From positions 1 through 61,265 of the forward strand of contig CAYRCU010000004.1 in assembly GCA_964422865.1 (NCBI GenBank): 61,265 bases of DNA. Direction: 5' to 3'. Position 1 is the first letter of the stretch; the number at the start of each line of letters is the position of its first letter. A program made the position numbers and the translations under genes. Source of the stretch: an uncultured Gammaproteobacteria bacterium. GTDB lineage: Bacteria; Patescibacteriota; Microgenomatia; UBA8517. Below, piece by piece: positions 1 through 10,097 of the stretch. A model generated the notes under the pieces. It did no database searches and was not told the DNA's origin. It saw nothing but the letters and a program-made list of their open reading frames with translations.

Positions 1-734
1 CCAAAGGAGTTGTGGTCGTTGAAGTGACGGAAGATACTCCAGCTGAGGCGGCGGGTATATTGGAGGGAGATGAAATAATTGCTTTTGACGGCAAGGACAT
101 GGTTTTTACCGGAAAGTTCGGTGAAGTGGTTTTTGAAAATAGAGGGCAAAAAGTTACCCTTCAGATCAAGAGGGACGGTGTGGTGAGGGATATGGATATT
201 ATTGTTAGAAGTGAGGCACCAAGTGGGGAGGGGCTTTTGGGTGTTACATATGCGCCGCGGGAAACATATCAACCTCCTTTGTGGCAGAGGCCGTTTGTCT
301 ATCTTTATCTTGGGTTTTTGAATACCCTTGCTCTTGCGGGACAGATCGTTGCGGGATTTAGACACTTATTTTTGACGCTTTTGGGCGGGAAGGTTCCCGC
401 CGGTGTTGTTGGCCCTCTTGGGGTAACGGCGCTTGTGGCAGAGGCTGCAAAGATGGGGATTTTGCCGCTTTTGGATTTTTTGGCTTTGATTAGCGTAAAT
501 CTGGCAGTTTTGAATTTGATACCTTTTGCACCTTTGGACGGATATAGGATTTTTCTTATTGGAGTGGAGGGAGTGTTTGGAAAACGCCTTGTGCCAAAGG
601 CAGAGCAATATATTCAAATGGGAGGAATAGCAGTTCTTTTGGGACTGATGTTTCTTTTGACCGGAAATGAAATTTCAAGAATAATTGAAGCAGGAAGTTT
701 GAGTGGGTTTGTGAAAGGCTTACTTCAACAATAG
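1..734 (+). CDS. rseP: Site-2 protease (M50) RseP-like membrane metalloprotease with PDZ domain, 5'-truncated by window edge
   Basis: PDZ (TPAEAAGILEGDEII), GPLG, and NLAVLNLIPFAPLDG (NLLP..LDG motif); frame open to the window start. Confidence 0.85.
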   Translation, partial: KGVVVVEVTEDTPAEAAGILEGDEIIAFDGKDMVFTGKFGEVVFENRGQKVTLQIKRDGVVRDMDIIVRSEAPSGEGLLGVTYAPRETYQPPLWQRPFVYLYLGFLNTLALAGQIVAGFRHLFLTLLGGKVPAGVVGPLGVTALVAEAAKMGILPLLDFLALISVNLAVLNLIPFAPLDGYRIFLIGVEGVFGKRLVPKAEQYIQMGGIAVLLGLMFLLTGNEISRIIEAGSLSGFVKGLLQQ

Positions 735-769
735 GGGTTGGGGACAAGTTTTTGATATACTTTGGAATT

Positions 770-2203
770 ATGAGAGAGGGCTATGAGAAAAAGGAGCTAA
801 AAAAGCGTAGTGAGAATCTCAGTGATTGGTATAGAGATGTGATCTTAAAGGCGGAACTTGCTGATTATGGACCTTGTAAGGGGACAATGGTTATTAGGCC
901 TTATGGATATGCTATTTGGGAGAGGGTTAGGGAGATTTTTGACAGTTGGATTAAAGAATATGGTGTTGAGAATGCGTATTTTCCTCTTTTAATTCCTATG
1001 AGTCTTTTGGAAAAAGAGGAGAAGCATGTGGCGGGTTTTTCTCCGGAGCTTGCAGTGGTAACGCACGGGGGAGGAAAGAAGCTTTCGGAGCCTTTGGTGG
1101 TACGCCCCACTAGTGAGACTGTTATGTACCACATGTACTCAAAATGGATTAGTTCTCATAGGGATTTACCCATGATGATTAATCAGTGGAACAATATTGT
1201 GCGCTGGGAGCTGAGGACTTATTTGTTTTTGAGAACAACCGAATTTTTGTGGCAGGAGGGGCATACGGCTCATGCTACAAAAAAGGAGGCTGTGGAAATG
1301 CAGGAAACAGCTTTGGCGTGGTATAGAAAAATTTATGAGGAGTATTTTGCCATGCCTGTTATGGTTGGTGAAAAGAGTGTTGCAGAGAGATTTGCCGGGG
1401 CGGAAGCTACGTTTTCGGTTGAGGCTTTGATGCCGGATGGCAAGGCGCTGCAAGCTGCAACCAGTCATAATTTGGGACAGAATTTTTCGAAAGCCTTTGA
1501 TATAAGTTTTCAAGATAAAAACAGCAAAAATAAGTTTGTTTGGCAGACTTCCTGGGGGCTTTCAACGAGGAGTTTGGGAGGTTTGTTTTTGGTGCACGGG
1601 GATGATCATGGTGTTTTAATTCCTCCAAAACTTGCTCCTGTTCAGGTTGTTATTGTTCCTGTGAGGGTTGAAAAACCCTTGGTTGCTTATGCTCGGCAGG
1701 TGGAAGGTGTTCTTGGCAAGGTTGGTGTGAGGGTTAGAGTTGATGTGCGGGAGGGGCAGAGCATGGGGAGGAAGATCAATGATTGGGAAGTGAAGGGGGT
1801 CCCTTTAAGAATGGAGATTGGGGACAAGGAGAAGAGTGCAGAAAGCGTGACGCTTGTCAGAAGAGATAATGGTGAGAAGGTGGGTGCGGGGCTTGCGGAG
1901 GTTGGGGACGTGGTCGGACAGATGTTGGATGAAATTCAGAAAGATATGTTTGATCGGGCTAAAAGGTTTTTGGAAGAAAATACGCATGAGGTGAAAAATT
2001 ATGAGGAGTTTAGAGACGTTATGGTTAAAAAGCGCGGTTTTGTAAAAGTTTGGTGGAAAGAGGATGGTAAAGTTGAAGCAAGGATTAAGGAAGAGACGAA
2101 GGCGACTCCGAGAGTTCGACTTCTTGACTCTGAGGGGAAGGGGAAGTGTTTTGTGACAGGCAAGGAAACTAGTGAGCTTTGGTATTTTGCTCAAGCATAT
2201 TAG
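770..2203 (+). CDS. proS: Proline--tRNA ligase (archaeal/eukaryotic type)
   Basis: VRPTSET, FLRTTEFLWQEGHT, QTSWGLSTR, C-terminal AQAY; ATG 770 follows TATACT 756-761. Confidence 0.97.
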   Translation: MREGYEKKELKKRSENLSDWYRDVILKAELADYGPCKGTMVIRPYGYAIWERVREIFDSWIKEYGVENAYFPLLIPMSLLEKEEKHVAGFSPELAVVTHGGGKKLSEPLVVRPTSETVMYHMYSKWISSHRDLPMMINQWNNIVRWELRTYLFLRTTEFLWQEGHTAHATKKEAVEMQETALAWYRKIYEEYFAMPVMVGEKSVAERFAGAEATFSVEALMPDGKALQAATSHNLGQNFSKAFDISFQDKNSKNKFVWQTSWGLSTRSLGGLFLVHGDDHGVLIPPKLAPVQVVIVPVRVEKPLVAYARQVEGVLGKVGVRVRVDVREGQSMGRKINDWEVKGVPLRMEIGDKEKSAESVTLVRRDNGEKVGAGLAEVGDVVGQMLDEIQKDMFDRAKRFLEENTHEVKNYEEFRDVMVKKRGFVKVWWKEDGKVEARIKEETKATPRVRLLDSEGKGKCFVTGKETSELWYFAQAY

Positions 2204-2287
2204 TTGTTGGTGGTATTGCAAAGGCGGTTATTGGTCTTCTTTAACCTCTTGCCTGTTTCTTTTTAACTTATTATACTCAAGCTGGAA

Positions 2288-2608
2288 ATGAAAGACTGTG
2301 TTTTTTGTCAAATTGTAAAGGGTGAGATTCCCTCTGAAATTATTAAGCGAACCGATCGATTGATAGTGTTTAAAGATATTAATCCGAGTGCAGAGGTACA
2401 TGTTTTGATTGTTCCTAAAAAACATATTCCAACATTTGTTGATCTTGATGAAGAGAATTTTGCTGAAATGCTTGGCCTTGCCAGAGAACTTGTCGGGGAA
2501 TTGAAAATTTCCGGAAAATACAAACTTGTTATTAATGGAGGTGAGAACCAACTTGTTCCTCATGTGCATATGCATCTACTCGGTGGCAAAATGAAAGGCA
2601 GTGTATGA
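2288..2608 (+). CDS. HIT family nucleotide-binding protein
   Basis: DCVFCQI N-terminus and HVHMH histidine triad. Confidence 0.95.
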   Translation: MKDCVFCQIVKGEIPSEIIKRTDRLIVFKDINPSAEVHVLIVPKKHIPTFVDLDEENFAEMLGLARELVGELKISGKYKLVINGGENQLVPHVHMHLLGGKMKGSV

Positions 2609-3063
2609 TATCAAAGGATATTCAGAAACAAATTATTTCTGCCCTTAGAGCCGGAGATGAGATTCGCCTTTCCACTCTTCGTATGCTCAGTTCCGCTCTT
2701 AATTATGAGCGTATTGCTAAACAGCATAATTTGTCTTCTCAGGAGGAGGTTGCCGTTGTCAGGAAGGAAGCTAAAAAAAGAAAAGATGCAATAGAGGCTT
2801 ACAAGAAGGTTGGTGCTCATGATAGGGCAGAGAAGGAAAAGAAGGAGCTTAGTGTTTTGAGTGAGTTTCTGCCGGAAGAGATGGAGGACAGCAAGATCGA
2901 GAGAATTGTTCAGGAGGTGATTGTTGAAATTGGTGCGAGTGGTGTGGCTGATACGGGAAAAGTAATGGGGAGAGTTATGCAGAAAATTGAAGGGCGGGCC
3001 AGTGGAGATAGAGTTTCTGTAATAGTAAGAAACAGACTTCAGAAAGGTTTGTTTGAAAAATGA
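2605..3063 (+). CDS. GatB/YqeY domain protein
   Basis: RLSTLRML...KEAKKRKDAIEAY...FLP...DTGKVMG pattern of YqeY. Confidence 0.9.
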   Translation: MISKDIQKQIISALRAGDEIRLSTLRMLSSALNYERIAKQHNLSSQEEVAVVRKEAKKRKDAIEAYKKVGAHDRAEKEKKELSVLSEFLPEEMEDSKIERIVQEVIVEIGASGVADTGKVMGRVMQKIEGRASGDRVSVIVRNRLQKGLFEK

Positions 3064-3458
3064 TTAAGGTCGAAGTGGTAAAAAAGGTTGATTGTCCTGT
3101 GAGTGCCGGGAAAATCAAGAATGCAGTTTCTGAGATTTTCAAAAAAAACGGAATCATTTCCGATGCTTTGGCTTCCGTGACTTTTGTAAGGGCGGATGAG
3201 ATGCGGAAGCTTTCGAGGGAATATATTGGTGAAGAGAGAGAGGTAGTTAGGGGCCATCCGGTACTTTCGTTTGTTACTTCTGAGATTGAGGGTCCTTTTT
3301 CTTTTCCTCCGGATGGAAAAATACATATTGGGGAGATAGTTATTAACTGGGATTGGGTGTTGTCGGAGGCAAAAGAGAGGAATAGATTAATTGATGAAGT
3401 TGCGGTGGAGCTTGCCGAGCATGGTGCACTTCATCTTTTGGGGATTCACCACGACTAG
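3060..3458 (+). CDS. ybeY: rRNA maturation endoribonuclease YbeY
   Basis: VLSF, GEIVI, HGALHLLGIHH metal-binding motif. Confidence 0.88.
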   Translation: MIKVEVVKKVDCPVSAGKIKNAVSEIFKKNGIISDALASVTFVRADEMRKLSREYIGEEREVVRGHPVLSFVTSEIEGPFSFPPDGKIHIGEIVINWDWVLSEAKERNRLIDEVAVELAEHGALHLLGIHHD

Positions 3459-3514
3459 GAAAGTTAAATTGGTAGTTTCCAATGTCAGGGTGATTTGCTA
3501 AGTTGTTTGTGAGG

Positions 3515-5038
3515 ATGACACTTTATCTTAAGTATAGACCGCAGACTATTAGTGAGTTGGATTTAGAAAGAGTGCGGGAGCAGTTGACTAGACTTGTCGC
3601 TTCAGGGAGGTTTCCTCATGCATTTTTGTTTTCCGGACCGAAGGGCACCGGAAAGACGAGTGCGGCGAGAATTTTGGCTAAGGTGGTAAATTGTGAGAAG
3701 CCTCGGAAGAGTGGAGAACCTTGTAATAAATGTGGGCAGTGTATAGCAATTTCTCGTGGACAGAGCTTGGATGTAATTGAAATGGATGCTGCGAGCAATC
3801 GCGGCATTGATGATATCAGAGCGCTTCGAGAAAATATTGCGCTGTCACCAAATTCGGCACGCAAAAAGGTTTATATTATTGATGAAGTTCACATGTTGAC
3901 GACTGAGGCGGCAAATGCTTTTTTAAAGACTTTGGAAGAGCCGCCCGAGCATGTAATTTTTATTTTGGCTACAACTGATCCACAGAAACTTCCCGCAACG
4001 GTTCACTCACGTTTGACAAATATTGTTTTTACAAAGGCAAGCGAGAAGGAAATAGGAAGACAGCTGAGGCGAGTGGTTAGGGGGGAAAAATTGAAAATTG
4101 AAGACGGGGTTTTGTCGGTTATTGCCAAAAGAGTGGATGGTTCTTTTCGAGACGCTGTAAAGGTGCTTGAGAGCTTGATTGTTGGCAGGAGGAAAATAAC
4201 TTTGAGGGATGCTAAAGCACTCTTATTGTTTGGCGGGGAAGCGGTGGACGAGTTTGCGGAGGCTTTGGAGAAGAAGGATTTGGAAAAATCGCTTGGAATA
4301 ATTGAAGACTTTGCCGCAGGGGGAGGTAATGTACGCAACTTGGTGGATGGAGCGATTGAGAAGTTTCGAGTAAAACTATTGAATGGAGAGGAAGTAGTGG
4401 AGCTTTTGGAACTTTTAATAGAGACCAGAGCCAAAATCCCTTTGAGTCCCGTATCTGAACTTCCTCTGGAAATGTTGGCGGTTAAATGGTGTGCCTCGGG
4501 GCACCGGGAATTTGGTGGTGAGAAATCTGTTGATGATGAGGATGAAGAGGGAGACAGTGGGGATAGAAAAGAGGGTGCCACTGAGGGGAGTAAGGAAGAC
4601 GTGTTTGGTGGTAAAGGAGATATGGGAGTTGAGGAGGGAGTGCATGAAAATGGGAAGGCATTAACACAGGCCTCGTATTTCGGTGGAGAGGCGTGTTTGA
4701 CGAAAGAGATTTGGAGGAAGGTTGTGGAAACTGTTCGTAGCCAGAATGTTTCGGTCGATGCTCTTTTGAGAGCTGCAAGGCCGATGGGTTTTGATGGGAA
4801 GAATTTAAAGATCGGGGTTTATTATCAGTTTCACAAGGAGAAGCTTGAGGATCAGCGAAACAGAATGTTCTTGGAGGATGTTTTGAATGGGATTTTAGGA
4901 TTTCCTGTAAGAATTAGTTGTGCCTTGACTGAGAGGACTGAGCCTTCTGTTGTACAGAGAGAGGAGTCTGTGGATTCTTTGACGCGGGCAGCAGATGAGG
5001 ATATAATTTCAGCAGCCGAGGAAATTTTTGGCAGTTAA
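3515..5038 (+). CDS. dnaX: DNA polymerase III subunit gamma/tau
   Basis: LYLKYRP, Walker A GPKGTGKT, Zn cysteines, EMDAASN, IIDEVHML; precedes ybaB-recR. Confidence 0.96.
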   Translation: MTLYLKYRPQTISELDLERVREQLTRLVASGRFPHAFLFSGPKGTGKTSAARILAKVVNCEKPRKSGEPCNKCGQCIAISRGQSLDVIEMDAASNRGIDDIRALRENIALSPNSARKKVYIIDEVHMLTTEAANAFLKTLEEPPEHVIFILATTDPQKLPATVHSRLTNIVFTKASEKEIGRQLRRVVRGEKLKIEDGVLSVIAKRVDGSFRDAVKVLESLIVGRRKITLRDAKALLLFGGEAVDEFAEALEKKDLEKSLGIIEDFAAGGGNVRNLVDGAIEKFRVKLLNGEEVVELLELLIETRAKIPLSPVSELPLEMLAVKWCASGHREFGGEKSVDDEDEEGDSGDRKEGATEGSKEDVFGGKGDMGVEEGVHENGKALTQASYFGGEACLTKEIWRKVVETVRSQNVSVDALLRAARPMGFDGKNLKIGVYYQFHKEKLEDQRNRMFLEDVLNGILGFPVRISCALTERTEPSVVQREESVDSLTRAADEDIISAAEEIFGS

Positions 5039-5053
5039 TTAAAAAAAAGAAAA

Positions 5054-5332
5054 ATGTTTGACAAGGTTCAAAAAGGAAAACAGTTATTAAAGATGAGAGG
5101 GGAAGCCAAGAAGCTTCAGAAGCAAATGGCTGAAATTACGGAAACGGTGGAGGAGGGTGGTGTAAAAGTGAAGGTGAGTGCCGACCAGAAGATTTTATAT
5201 ATTGAGAAGGATGGGGAAAAATATGAAGATGTTGTGAAGGCCGTGAATAAGGCTTTTAAGAAGGTTCAGAAAAAAGCTGCTGTGAAAATGATGCAAGAGG
5301 GGGGACTTTCTTCACTTCTTGGGGGAATGTGA
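5054..5332 (+). CDS. ybaB: YbaB/EbfC nucleoid-associated protein
   Basis: Size, AKKLQKQM..GGVKVKVS pattern, position between dnaX and recR. Confidence 0.8.
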   Translation: MFDKVQKGKQLLKMRGEAKKLQKQMAEITETVEEGGVKVKVSADQKILYIEKDGEKYEDVVKAVNKAFKKVQKKAAVKMMQEGGLSSLLGGM

Positions 5333-6027
5333 TTATATTTAAGATGAAGAGGGACAAATTATTGTATGGCGTGTTTGTTTTTGTTTTGCTATTTGTTTTG
5401 GGAGGCATGTTCTTTTTTTTGAAAGATGAAACCGGTGGTGAGGAAAACCAAAAACTTGAGATAGCAGGAGAGTTGGAAGTGAAAAAAGATGAGAGCGGGA
5501 AGGAAAAAATGCAAAAACCTGAATTTATAATTGATGAGAGCAAGGAATATAGAGCGGTGCTTGAGACCAGTGCTGGGCCGATTACTATTTTGCTTAATGC
5601 AAATAAAACGCCAATTACGGTAAATAATTTTGTGTATTTGTCAAAAAGCGGATTTTATAACGGGACGGTGTTTCACAGAGTTATAAACGGATTTATGATT
5701 CAGGGGGGCGATCCCAGGGGAGACGGCACCGGAGGGCCGGGGTATAAATTTGATGACGAGCCTTTTGAGGGTGAATATAAGCGGGGTGTGGTTGCTATGG
5801 CAAATAGCGGGCCCAACACCAATGGGAGCCAGTTTTTTATAATGCATCAGGATTACCCGCTTCCGCCTAATTATGTAATTTTTGGGAATGTGGTTGAGGG
5901 GATTTCTGTGGTTGATGCAATTTCCAGTGCGGAGGTTGTAAAAGGTCTGGGCGGAGAGATGTCAAAACCTGTTGATCCGGTGGTGATAGAAAGAGTCGAG
6001 ATTATTGAAAGTGAGGCTTCGAACTAG
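5329..6027 (+). CDS. Cyclophilin-type peptidyl-prolyl isomerase with N-terminal membrane anchor
   Basis: FHRVINGFMIQGGDP, MANSGPNTNGSQFFI; hydrophobic N-terminal helix (start may be ATG 5344). Confidence 0.95.
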   Translation: MIIFKMKRDKLLYGVFVFVLLFVLGGMFFFLKDETGGEENQKLEIAGELEVKKDESGKEKMQKPEFIIDESKEYRAVLETSAGPITILLNANKTPITVNNFVYLSKSGFYNGTVFHRVINGFMIQGGDPRGDGTGGPGYKFDDEPFEGEYKRGVVAMANSGPNTNGSQFFIMHQDYPLPPNYVIFGNVVEGISVVDAISSAEVVKGLGGEMSKPVDPVVIERVEIIESEASN

Positions 6028-6067
6028 TTTGGCTTGTTTTGGTATGTTTTGCTAGAATGATGGGATA

Positions 6068-6691
6068 ATGAAGGTACCGAAGCCACTGCTTAGAGCGATT
6101 GAATCTTTTGAAAAGCTTCCCGGAATTGGCCCTAAGACTGCACAAAGGTTGAGCTATTATCTTCTTCATGTCCCGCAGAGTGAACTTGACAGTTTTTCTG
6201 AGGCGCTGGTTAGTTTGAAAAAGAAGACGGTGTTTTGTCGGATTTGCAAGAATGTTGGTGAGGCTGATCCTTGTTTGATTTGTTTGGATGATAACAGGGA
6301 TCATTCATTGATTTTGGTTGTGGAACAGCCTTTGGATATTTTGGCTTTTGAAAAGACCGGTAAATATCGGGGAGTGTATCATGTTTTGCATGGGGTAATT
6401 AATCCTTTGGAGAATATTGGTCCGGATGAGATTTATGTTGAGGATTTGCTGAAAAGAATTAAAAATAAAAATGGAGAGAAAATTGAAGAAATAATAATTG
6501 CCACGAATCCGACGATGGAAGGGGAGGCAACTGCGATGTATATTACAAAGAAAGTGCGAGAGATATTGCCTTCCAATGGAAAAGGCATGAGGATTACAAG
6601 GCTTGGAATGGGAATTCCCACTGGTGCTGCTTTGGAATTTGCGGATGAGACAACGTTAATTCAAGCTTTGGAGGGCAGGAAGGAGCTATGA
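6068..6691 (+). CDS. recR: Recombination mediator RecR
   Basis: LPGIGPKTAQR HhH, C4 zinc finger, ATNPTMEGEAT Toprim. Confidence 0.97.
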   Translation: MKVPKPLLRAIESFEKLPGIGPKTAQRLSYYLLHVPQSELDSFSEALVSLKKKTVFCRICKNVGEADPCLICLDDNRDHSLILVVEQPLDILAFEKTGKYRGVYHVLHGVINPLENIGPDEIYVEDLLKRIKNKNGEKIEEIIIATNPTMEGEATAMYITKKVREILPSNGKGMRITRLGMGIPTGAALEFADETTLIQALEGRKEL

Positions 6692-7158
6692 AGAAGAGCG
6701 GTAAGCGGGCGACCCGAGCTGTTGCTCGGCAGGTGAGAGAGGAGGGCTTTGAGATGCTTGGGTCTGCAAGGAAGCAAGTTGCTCCTTCGTTGGAGAAGGT
6801 GTCGAAGTTGAACGCGGTTCCCGGAGCGGTGGGAGTAGCAAGGCAAGTTTCGGAAGAAAATTATGATAAAGGTCGATATGATACGGAGGCAGAGGCTAAG
6901 CTCGAGGTTTTGAGGAGGAGGCTTAAGCAGATTCAGGAGGAGGAGCTTTTGAAGGCGAGAGGTGCGCGGGATGAGCGGGACCGGAAATGGGCGCAGGAGC
7001 AGGATGAAAAGATGGGGAAGGTGCCGGAGGGGGAGCAACGGAAGCCGGATTTTACTCTACCTGTGGGGAAGAAGAGAGCGGGATTTTTTAGAGGAAGGAA
7101 AGCGGTGGCGGAAAAGAAAACTCAAAGGCTGGAAACCGGGCGCGGAATTAAAAATTAA
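6688..7158 (+). CDS. Hypothetical basic/coiled-coil protein
   Basis: ATGA overlap with recR stop; host-like composition; no motif recognised. Confidence 0.7.
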   Translation: MKKSGKRATRAVARQVREEGFEMLGSARKQVAPSLEKVSKLNAVPGAVGVARQVSEENYDKGRYDTEAEAKLEVLRRRLKQIQEEELLKARGARDERDRKWAQEQDEKMGKVPEGEQRKPDFTLPVGKKRAGFFRGRKAVAEKKTQRLETGRGIKN

Positions 7159-7173
7159 GGTAAACTTAAGGTA

Positions 7174-8586
7174 ATGGGGTTGAAACTATATAACACACTG
7201 ACCAGAAGCTTGGAGGAGTTTAAACCTATTGATTCAAAACAAGTGGGGGTTTACTCCTGCGGCCCGACGGTTTATTGGAATCAGCATATTGGACATATGT
7301 ATGCATATGTCCAATGGGATATTTTGGTCAGGTTTTTGCGTTTTTCAGGAAAAAACGTTAAGTGGGTGATGAATATTACGGATGTGGGGCATATGACTAG
7401 TGATGAGGATTATGGAGAGGACAAGCTTGAGAAGGGAGCAAAGCGTGAGGGACTTACTGTTTGGGAAGTTGCCGAGAAATATACCAAGCAATTTTTGGAG
7501 AGCCTGGATCTTTTGAATGTTGTTCGGCCTGATGAAATGCCCAAGGCGACGGAACATATTGAGAGACAGATTGAACTGATTAAGAAGATTGAAGAGAGAG
7601 GATTTACATATAAAACAAGTGCCGGTGTCGTTTTTGATACCGGAAAATTTAAAGAGTACCCTGATTTTGGGAATTTGGATCTTGATATGCAGATGGCGGG
7701 TTCCAGGGTAAAGATTGATCCTGAGAAAAAAAATCCTTGGGATTTTATGCTTTGGGTTACTAATCAACCTAAACATATTATGCAGTGGGACAGTCCGTGG
7801 GGGAGAGGGTTTCCGGGGTGGCACATTGAGTGTACGGCGATGAGCACTCAATATTTAGGGGATCGCTTTGATATTCATACCGGAGGAAAGGAGCATATTC
7901 CCGTACACCACACGAATGAGATAGCTCAGGGTTATGGTGCATTCGGAGGGCAGACTGCAAATTGGTGGCTTCATAATGATTGGCTCCGGATGGATGGGAA
8001 AAAAATGAGCAAAAGTACCGGGGAGTTTGTAACAGCACAGGATTTAGTTAAGAAAGGGATTGATCCTTTGGCTCTTAGATATTTGTTTTTGAATTCACAT
8101 TACAGAAAAGGGATGAAGTTTAGCTGGGAGGCTTTGAGTGGAGCCGAAGTCGCTCTTTCAAATTTACGGGAGATAGTATCGGGTTTAAAAGGCGGTGGGG
8201 AAATCGGTGGCAAAGAGAAAATTGAGAAGTATGAGAAATATAAAAGCAAATTTATAGCGGCTTTGGAGAATGATTTAAATGTTCCTCAGGCTTTGGCTGT
8301 GACTTGGGAAGTGGCCAAGAGTAATCTGCCGCCAGGTGACAAATATGATTTGCTGATACTTTTTGATGAGGTTTTGGGGCTTAGGCTGGGGGAAGTTGGT
8401 GGAGTGGAAATTGAAATACCCATTGATGCACGAAAGTTAGCTGAAAGAAGGAGTAAATTGAGGGAGAAGGGTGAATGGGCAAAGGCAGATGAAGTCAGGA
8501 AAAAACTGGAGAAGATGGGATATGAGGTGCGGGATGTGGGCGGTAGAACTGAAATTGCGCGTAAATCTTTGAAGAAAGTTGACTAG
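7174..8586 (+). CDS. cysS: Cysteine--tRNA ligase
   Basis: CGPTVY, HIGH, PGWHIEC, KMSKS. Confidence 0.97.
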   Translation: MGLKLYNTLTRSLEEFKPIDSKQVGVYSCGPTVYWNQHIGHMYAYVQWDILVRFLRFSGKNVKWVMNITDVGHMTSDEDYGEDKLEKGAKREGLTVWEVAEKYTKQFLESLDLLNVVRPDEMPKATEHIERQIELIKKIEERGFTYKTSAGVVFDTGKFKEYPDFGNLDLDMQMAGSRVKIDPEKKNPWDFMLWVTNQPKHIMQWDSPWGRGFPGWHIECTAMSTQYLGDRFDIHTGGKEHIPVHHTNEIAQGYGAFGGQTANWWLHNDWLRMDGKKMSKSTGEFVTAQDLVKKGIDPLALRYLFLNSHYRKGMKFSWEALSGAEVALSNLREIVSGLKGGGEIGGKEKIEKYEKYKSKFIAALENDLNVPQALAVTWEVAKSNLPPGDKYDLLILFDEVLGLRLGEVGGVEIEIPIDARKLAERRSKLREKGEWAKADEVRKKLEKMGYEVRDVGGRTEIARKSLKKVD

Positions 8587-8616
8587 ATAGGACTTCTACT
8601 GGTTTACTTAGGTGAT

Positions 8617-9258
8617 ATGTACAGGCTTCTTTTAGCCTTCCAGATTGTTTTGGTTTTGATTGTTTTCTTGTTGGGTCTTTTGGTTTTTGATTTGAGAAGT
8701 AGGGTGTTTAGTATCTCGGAAAGGAGAGTTCCGGAAAGAGTAGTAAGAGAGGTTGTTGATTATAGTAAGGAAATTTCTGAGCTTCGGAAATATGTTGACA
8801 GCGAGATTACGGGAGTTACCGGGAAGATTGAGGAGAAGGAGTGTAATTGTGTTGGTACAACACAGGTAGTAACAACAACGGATGCTGTTAAACAGACTTC
8901 ATATATTGCAATGGGTGATGCTTTTGCAACCAGTTCAATGGATTGGGTGGATGTGCCCGGTAGCGGGGTATATGTGGATTTGGCTGATGACTATGGTGAG
9001 GATGCGATGGTGATATGGTCGGCAAGCTTGAAGGTTGCTCATGGGAATGGGCAAGCATATGCCAGGATTTATGATGCCACGAATAACATTACGGTTGCGG
9101 GAAGTGAAATAACAACTACAAATAACGCGGACTATGTGCAGGCAACAAGTGGTGGAATGGCCTTGTGGCGCGGGAGAAATTTGTATAAAGTGCAGATAAG
9201 GAGTTTGAATGGATTTGAGGTAAGTTACAGTGGTGGGAAAATTAAGATTAGTTATTAA
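8617..9258 (+). CDS. Membrane-anchored hypothetical protein (TM, short coiled coil, beta-rich C-terminal domain)
   Basis: N-terminal hydrophobic helix; Thr-rich linker; alternating beta-strand pattern. Confidence 0.75.
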   Translation: MYRLLLAFQIVLVLIVFLLGLLVFDLRSRVFSISERRVPERVVREVVDYSKEISELRKYVDSEITGVTGKIEEKECNCVGTTQVVTTTDAVKQTSYIAMGDAFATSSMDWVDVPGSGVYVDLADDYGEDAMVIWSASLKVAHGNGQAYARIYDATNNITVAGSEITTTNNADYVQATSGGMALWRGRNLYKVQIRSLNGFEVSYSGGKIKISY

Positions 9259-9263
9259 TTAAC

Positions 9264-10097
9264 ATGAGAAGAAATATTTTGGTTTTGTGTGTTTTGTTGC
9301 CCCTTTTTGTTTTTGTGTTGGGGGTGAGTGCAAGCGAGGAGTTTAATTATGCCCGGGCATATGGGGATTATGTGGAGGCTTTGGGAGAGTATAAAAATGT
9401 GCATTCCGAGTATCTTCTTGCGAGAAGCCAATATTTGCAGGCTCGGACTTTGGCTTCGCAAACTAAAGCTCAAAATGCGACAATGAACATGCTTAAAGAG
9501 AGAGATGAGGCAGTTGTAGCGTATTTGGTTGCCCTTCGCATGAGGCTTGGTGAGGCGATTGGGATAGATGAAAGAGACGAGGAGGGTTTGAACTTGCGTA
9601 TTGATAGTGAGAAGGCTTGGTTTGAAAATCATAAAGGGCGAGTGACGAGCGCCGGGACTATTGAAGATTTGGTGATTGATTCAAATGAAGCGGCTGATCA
9701 TTTTGAGGCGGTTACGGAACCTTTGTCTTATGAGGTTTTGTCTTTTTTGGCTTTGGGCAAGGTCGGAGCAATGAGGATGGAGGTTAATGATGCTATGTCT
9801 AGTGTAAAAATGAAACTGATGGATGTGAGAGCTGACGGGGATTATGATCTGGCGATAATTGACAGGTGGGTTTTGGAAACTGAGAATAAAATTACGAGAA
9901 GTTTGGATAAGGAAATTGAAGCGAGGACGTTGGTGTTTGGTTTGCAGGCGCTGGATAAAAATGCTTTTGGCAGAAAAGATGACAAGGTGGTGATATACAA
10001 CAGTGTTTTAACTAAAGTGCAGGAGAGCTATCAGTTTTTGAGAGAATCTGTGAGTTTTATGAATGAAATTGTCCGAAAGATTAAAACAAAAAAGTAG
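9264..10097 (+). CDS. Secreted alpha-helical hypothetical protein
   Basis: Signal peptide ending VSA-S; long helical/coiled-coil body. Confidence 0.75.
   Translation: MRRNILVLCVLLPLFVFVLGVSASEEFNYARAYGDYVEALGEYKNVHSEYLLARSQYLQARTLASQTKAQNATMNMLKERDEAVVAYLVALRMRLGEAIGIDERDEEGLNLRIDSEKAWFENHKGRVTSAGTIEDLVIDSNEAADHFEAVTEPLSYEVLSFLALGKVGAMRMEVNDAMSSVKMKLMDVRADGDYDLAIIDRWVLETENKITRSLDKEIEARTLVFGLQALDKNAFGRKDDKVVIYNSVLTKVQESYQFLRESVSFMNEIVRKIKTKK

Noticed and set aside
3515-5038. dnaX gamma/tau programmed frameshift
   Set aside because: No A-AAA-AAG or long A run seen at the expected position after domain III.
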